Of a stretch of DNA of 64,000 nucleotides, positions 59,449 to 64,000 are shown piece by piece (positions within the stretch are counted from its first letter, which is position 1; the number at the start of each line of letters is the position of its first letter). The DNA comes from Entomortierella parvispora E1425 (taxonomy: Eukaryota > Fungi > Mortierellomycota), in the NCBI GenBank assembly GCA_020891255.1, contig BQFW01000002.1, positions 2,790,001 through 2,854,000 on the forward strand, written 5' to 3'. The notes beneath the pieces are model-generated. The model was not told the DNA's origin, ran no database searches, and saw only the letters and a program-made list of their open reading frames with translations. The translations under genes were made by a program, and so were the position numbers.

Positions 59449-62400
59449 ATGGACTCCCAGATGGAGCAAGGTACAGCTCACCACCTCCGCCTGCTTGTCC
59501 AGACAAGTTGTCCGTGGCATCGGCTCTTGCGGGAGCTTGGCTGTTTTGAATCATCACCTCTCGGGCACACAACTAACATCTGCCACTGTCTCTCCTGCCT
59601 TTCTCCATGCACTTGCACCTGGACTCGATGATTTCGCAGAGGTAAGAAAGAAGGGGAGGGAAAGGTGGAAGAGAGGACAGAGACGCGACTGCACATGTTT
59701 TTATTTTTTAATTTGTGTCTGCTGGTGCATGCTCTAACGCTGCTGGGGGCTTTGCCCCCCACAACAAAGCGCCTTGCTGCTGGAGGGTTTAAGCACGCAG
59801 TTGCACTCTCAGATCATCCATGGCTACCAGCTGCTGTCGACCTTTGTTCAAACGCACAACCTCCAGTACTCTTTCCCAAAAGATCCCAACTTTCTAATCG
59901 TATTGCTTTGGTTCGATAGCTCTACTTTTTGATTGCACGTTTTTTATCTAAAGGGCCATGCGCAGAGTCTTCAGAGGTGCTTCTCTCAAATATTGAACAG
60001 CATCCTGATTTGCTACCGGTCCGATACAACTGGAAAGGACAAAAGCGACCCTACTCAAGGGAAGAGCTGGTAGGCATATTTGCAGAATGCGTTCTTTTTT
60101 TGTGGTCATGATGAAAACTTCAATATTAACTGCGCAATACACTCCATTCTAGTTGTCATGGTATCATGGTATCAATGCCGATCATTTGCCCCAGTTACTT
60201 TCCAGACTCATTGTTCATACGGATGCTCAGATCCCACCTCTGGTTCCTGGAATGAAGTCCTTGCTATCCACCGGTGGAAATTCTCTTCTTCGTACCCCTC
60301 AAGAAGCCGAAAGGTTACGGAAAAAGCAAGGAGCTACTGGAGGCCATACATTACAAAGGGTCATCTTCAATGGAAAAGGTGCCGGTTGCAGACCGAAAAC
60401 AGGTAACGACCAGGAGACCATCACAATTGTTTGGAGAGAGTGAAAGTGAAAAGACACAAGATCTGTGACCAAGCCAAAATTAACCTTGTATTGCACTTCT
60501 GTACCTAGTGGACTACCTTCGTGCAAAGGAGATCAGACCTCGCGCCGTCCCCACTGTCAGACTACCAGGCTTTATTCCTTCTTTATTTGAAGAGTTGGTG
60601 ATCATGAATGGGCACCGGTTCGCAACCTTCTGCTTGCTTTTTGATAAAACAGGAAACCGCGTCATTACAGGAAGTGACGATTATTTGGTCAAAATCTGGT
60701 GTGCACAGTCTGGATACCTGCTTTTCACGCTACGAGGACACTCTGCGGTCGTAACATTTATGGATTTAAGCACGGACAACTCCATGCTTGTCACCGCCTC
60801 AAATGACGGAATCATTCGCGTTTGGGACCTCAAAACGTCTGCTCCTGTCGCCGTCCTCCCAACAGGTGGCACTGCCCGCACAAGGAAGCCGATCACAACT
60901 GTTTCCTTTTCGCCCTCTCCTATACCCCATATTCGATATTTAATCGCAACCTCACTGGATGGTTATACCTGGGTTTGGAAGTTTGACAAGGATACAAAGA
61001 AATTTCAGTCGCCACCCATCCGCCTGGATTGCAAAACTTTCAACGACTCAAAGCTCAAGTGCTCCACCTGGAACCGTACTGGATCGCAGTTTGCGGTAGC
61101 AGGAACAGATCTTTTTATCCGTGTATTTTCCACCATTCAAGGAGGTCCAGAGGCAATCAAGGCCGGGAAGAGGCGAAAGAGTTATGACAAATCTCGGGCG
61201 GCGGGCTCAGAAGGAAATAGTACTCAGGAAGGTGCAGCTGCATCATCATCAAGTTCGAAAAAGCCAACGCCCAATATTGAAACGCAAAACTGGGGAGATC
61301 CCACCCTTATCGCGCAATTGGATGGACATGCCGGAGTTGTGACCAGTCTTGGATACAGCCGACATGGCAACAGACTTTTGTCCGGCTCTGTGGACGGTTT
61401 TGTTCGGATATGGAAATACGACCCGCAAAGCAAGATGTGGACATCTATGGCCAGTAAGTTTCTGTTGCAGGATCTGCTTCTACTCGAACTCTTGAATGGA
61501 ATATCTACAACTTGAAGTCTGACTTTAATCTTCTTGGTGTCTAGTTGACGTAAGGGACGAACATATCCAAACTGGAGCTACCATTACTGCAGCTAGACAT
61601 ATGCTCCCGTCTCCAGTGGCAACAACCGCCCCAGCCAACCCATTCACTGCGGGACAATCATCGACCACAGAAAATTCACTGGAGGAGGCACACAACACAG
61701 ACTCCGAGATGAATGGATCTACGACTGCCGAGCCTCCCGCTGCAAATGAAGCGTCGGCTGGGGGGTCACGGACTGTACCAAGACCAGAGGATTCGAGGAT
61801 TATCCCCACAATGGCAATTTGGTCGTTAGATGACTCTGCCATCGTGCTGACAACTTCACTGGGAGAAATCAAGATTTTTGACTCGAAAACTGGTGAATGG
61901 GTCCATACTCTCAGGGGCCATCTGCGGGGATCGTCGATCTATGTCGTAGACGTCCATCCAATTGACAGCCGTATTGTGATGACTGCGGGATATGATGGTC
62001 AAGTCATCTTGTGGGATATCATCCAGGGCGTCAAGTTGAAGAGCTGGACTTATCCAGACCACGAGTTTTTAGATGGCCGATTTTCACCGGATGGCCTCAT
62101 GTTTGCAGTGACGGACCAGGAGGGCAAGTGCATACTGTTTGGAGCTGGAAGAAACCCTGACGACTACAAGGATGCACGAATGTTTGTGGAACAGACCTTC
62201 TGGAGTGACTATGCTGGAGTCCGATACGATGCCGACTACAATGTTGTTGACGATGTCACTCAGATTGCCCCTCACCTCATGGACCGGACGCCCATCCTGG
62301 ACACCAATGGCCGTGACTATGCTCGTCAAAAAGGACCACGGTATGGACTTGATCTTCCTGTGGAACCTCCATCAGGTGTTCTGGAGCACGAGGAGGCCTC

Positions 62401-64000
62401 AAAGCTGGAATTACTGGAACAAGAACTCGAGAATCTGGCCGAGCAGACCCTCACAGTCCTGCCCACCACGGACAAGAAGTCGCTTTACAAACGAAGACGT
62501 GAATTCATTCTCGAGGAAGATGAGGATGATGATGACCCGATGACGACAGAGGTCCCGATTGTACCTCTGCCAAACGACTCCAGTGGCGAAGAATATGCAG
62601 GAGGTGCAGCATCTGCCTCGTCTTCGTCTGAAAGTGACGACGAAGACGATAGCGATGTGGTGCCAGGCGACGAAAATATACCCCTGAGATCAATGATCAA
62701 TGACGACGACGATGATGACGACGAGTACTTTTCAGGCGGAGGCGGTGGATCTTCTCGAAAACGGCGAGCCCCCGGGTCAGCTGGCACGCCAAGAAAGAGG
62801 CGCACTGGCGGCAGGACATCTGGACGAACGAGAAAAAGACCACGTATGTTGGATGATGACGATGACGAAGATGACGATGACCTTGATCTGGATGAGGTGG
62901 ACGACTTTAGTGAAGAGAGTGACGACTATGATGCCCCTCGAACACCACGGTCAAAGAAGAGCAATGGTCGTGCGGGCAACAATCGTCTGCCCTCTGGAAG
63001 CAAGAGTCAGAGAAGTGCTCGACCAAAATCGTTTACCAACGACGACTACCCGAGCGACGAAATTCAAGAAGACTCTGACAATGATGAGGCTGAGGATGGT
63101 TACTCTGGAAGTTCCATCGGTGGCTCCAATTCTGCGATCTTGCATTCGGATTCGGCTCCCTCCGTACCGCCATCACCCAAGCGAAAGAAGCAATGGCGCG
63201 GCAATGGTAGGAAGAAGGGCAAGGCGGTATTGCGTGATGAAAAAACAATGGAGCTGCAGCGATGGTTGCCAAGCGATTGGATCAAAACGAATGCCCCCCG
63301 CAAAACGCCATATCATCCTCAGGTAAGATTTACTTTTCGTGAATATCTTCCGTCCTGAGCTTGGGTCGTTTTAATGGCGATACTAATGATTTATATATTA
63401 TGTTTAGATTGGAGACTATGTTGCATACCTTCGCCAAGGTCATAGTCTTTACGTTAAGGAAACACCCCTGCGACAGAAACTGGACCTCAAGGTTGTACCT
63501 TTTACAAAGGACCCGAATCTGCCGTGGGTGACATTCGGTCGAGTCTCACGGATCACATACAATGTTGGCCCTCCGACATGGTGTACCATCACATTGGAGG
63601 AGCAGATCCTCGATTCTGCGTGGGGCTACCCTCCCAACCCTCAATTTTCTCCTTCGCGCAGGCGCTTTGAGATTGAATTCCACGACCTGGGAGACGTTCC
63701 AGACTTTATTATCCTGTATTCCGTTTTCCAGAGTGGAATCAATGCGCAATACTCTGCTGGGGAGCAAATTTGGGCCTCCTTTGATGGAATATCCTACTCT
63801 GGAACCATCACTGCTCAAGTGGTTGACGATCCTTCCCTTCCCGATTCACTCTGGATGGCCTTTGAAGTTGCCTGGTATGTCGACTCTGGCTTTGTGTGTC
63901 AGTGCTCGCTTTTTTATTATTCGGATGTTTACTGAAACAACCTTGCTGTTTTGATTTGTAGGCCAATGGCAGAAACTACCAACCTCTCCCCCTGGGAAAT
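59449..64000 (+). CDS. Bromodomain/WD-repeat protein BRWD/PHIP-like, 5' part; continues beyond the window
   Basis: ELYFLIARFLSKGPC...LLPVRYNWKG, GHRFATFCLLFDKTGNRVITGSDDYLVKIW, TLRGHSAVV, TAGYDGQVILWD, DGRFSPDG, WIKTNAPRKTPYHPQ|IGDYVAYLRQGH and DVPDFIIL. Confidence 0.9.

Noticed and set aside
1-64000. tRNA, rRNA, CRISPR arrays, intact mobile elements
   Set aside because: No cloverleaf with A/B boxes, rRNA signature, repeat-spacer array or transposase was seen by eye; a tRNAscan or Rfam run would be needed to exclude them fully.

Overview
Eukaryotic, intron-rich fungal DNA, most consistent with Mortierellaceae. That assignment is inferred from the GT-AG introns with CTAAC/CTGAC branch sites, the poly-A/T spacers, and Mortierella-type F-box/LRR and Sel1-repeat families. 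About 23 protein-coding loci can be built by hand. Conserved genes include a YhhN lysoplasmalogenase, an alpha/beta hydrolase, p24, a Kv-beta-like aldo-keto reductase, two type-B carboxylesterases, PDCD2, syntaxin-6/Tlg1, CHO2, SAP18, ATAT1/MEC-17, a WD40 inositol 5-phosphatase, a Cdc4/Fbw7-like F-box/WD40 protein, CLEC16A, V-ATPase subunit F and a BRWD/PHIP-like protein; there are also several orphans. No tRNA, rRNA, CRISPR array or intact mobile element was recognised. Highlights: (1) an accessory island at 47.2-51.4 kb with a tail-anchored Sel1-repeat protein, a truncated paralog, a decayed Sel1 remnant and a small secreted 8-Cys protein with the spacing of arthropod-type single-domain VWC (SVWC/Vago/La1) proteins; (2) a head-to-head carboxylesterase pair in which one copy has lost the catalytic Ser (GEAAG) and gained an N-terminal PPxY motif, a candidate pseudoenzyme receptor or ubiquitin-ligase adaptor; (3) an apparent 2-nt micro-exon in the BRWD/PHIP-like gene; (4) the ciliary-type tubulin acetyltransferase ATAT1 in a presumably non-flagellated fungus. 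Gene models are hand-built and were not checked against databases or RNA-seq.
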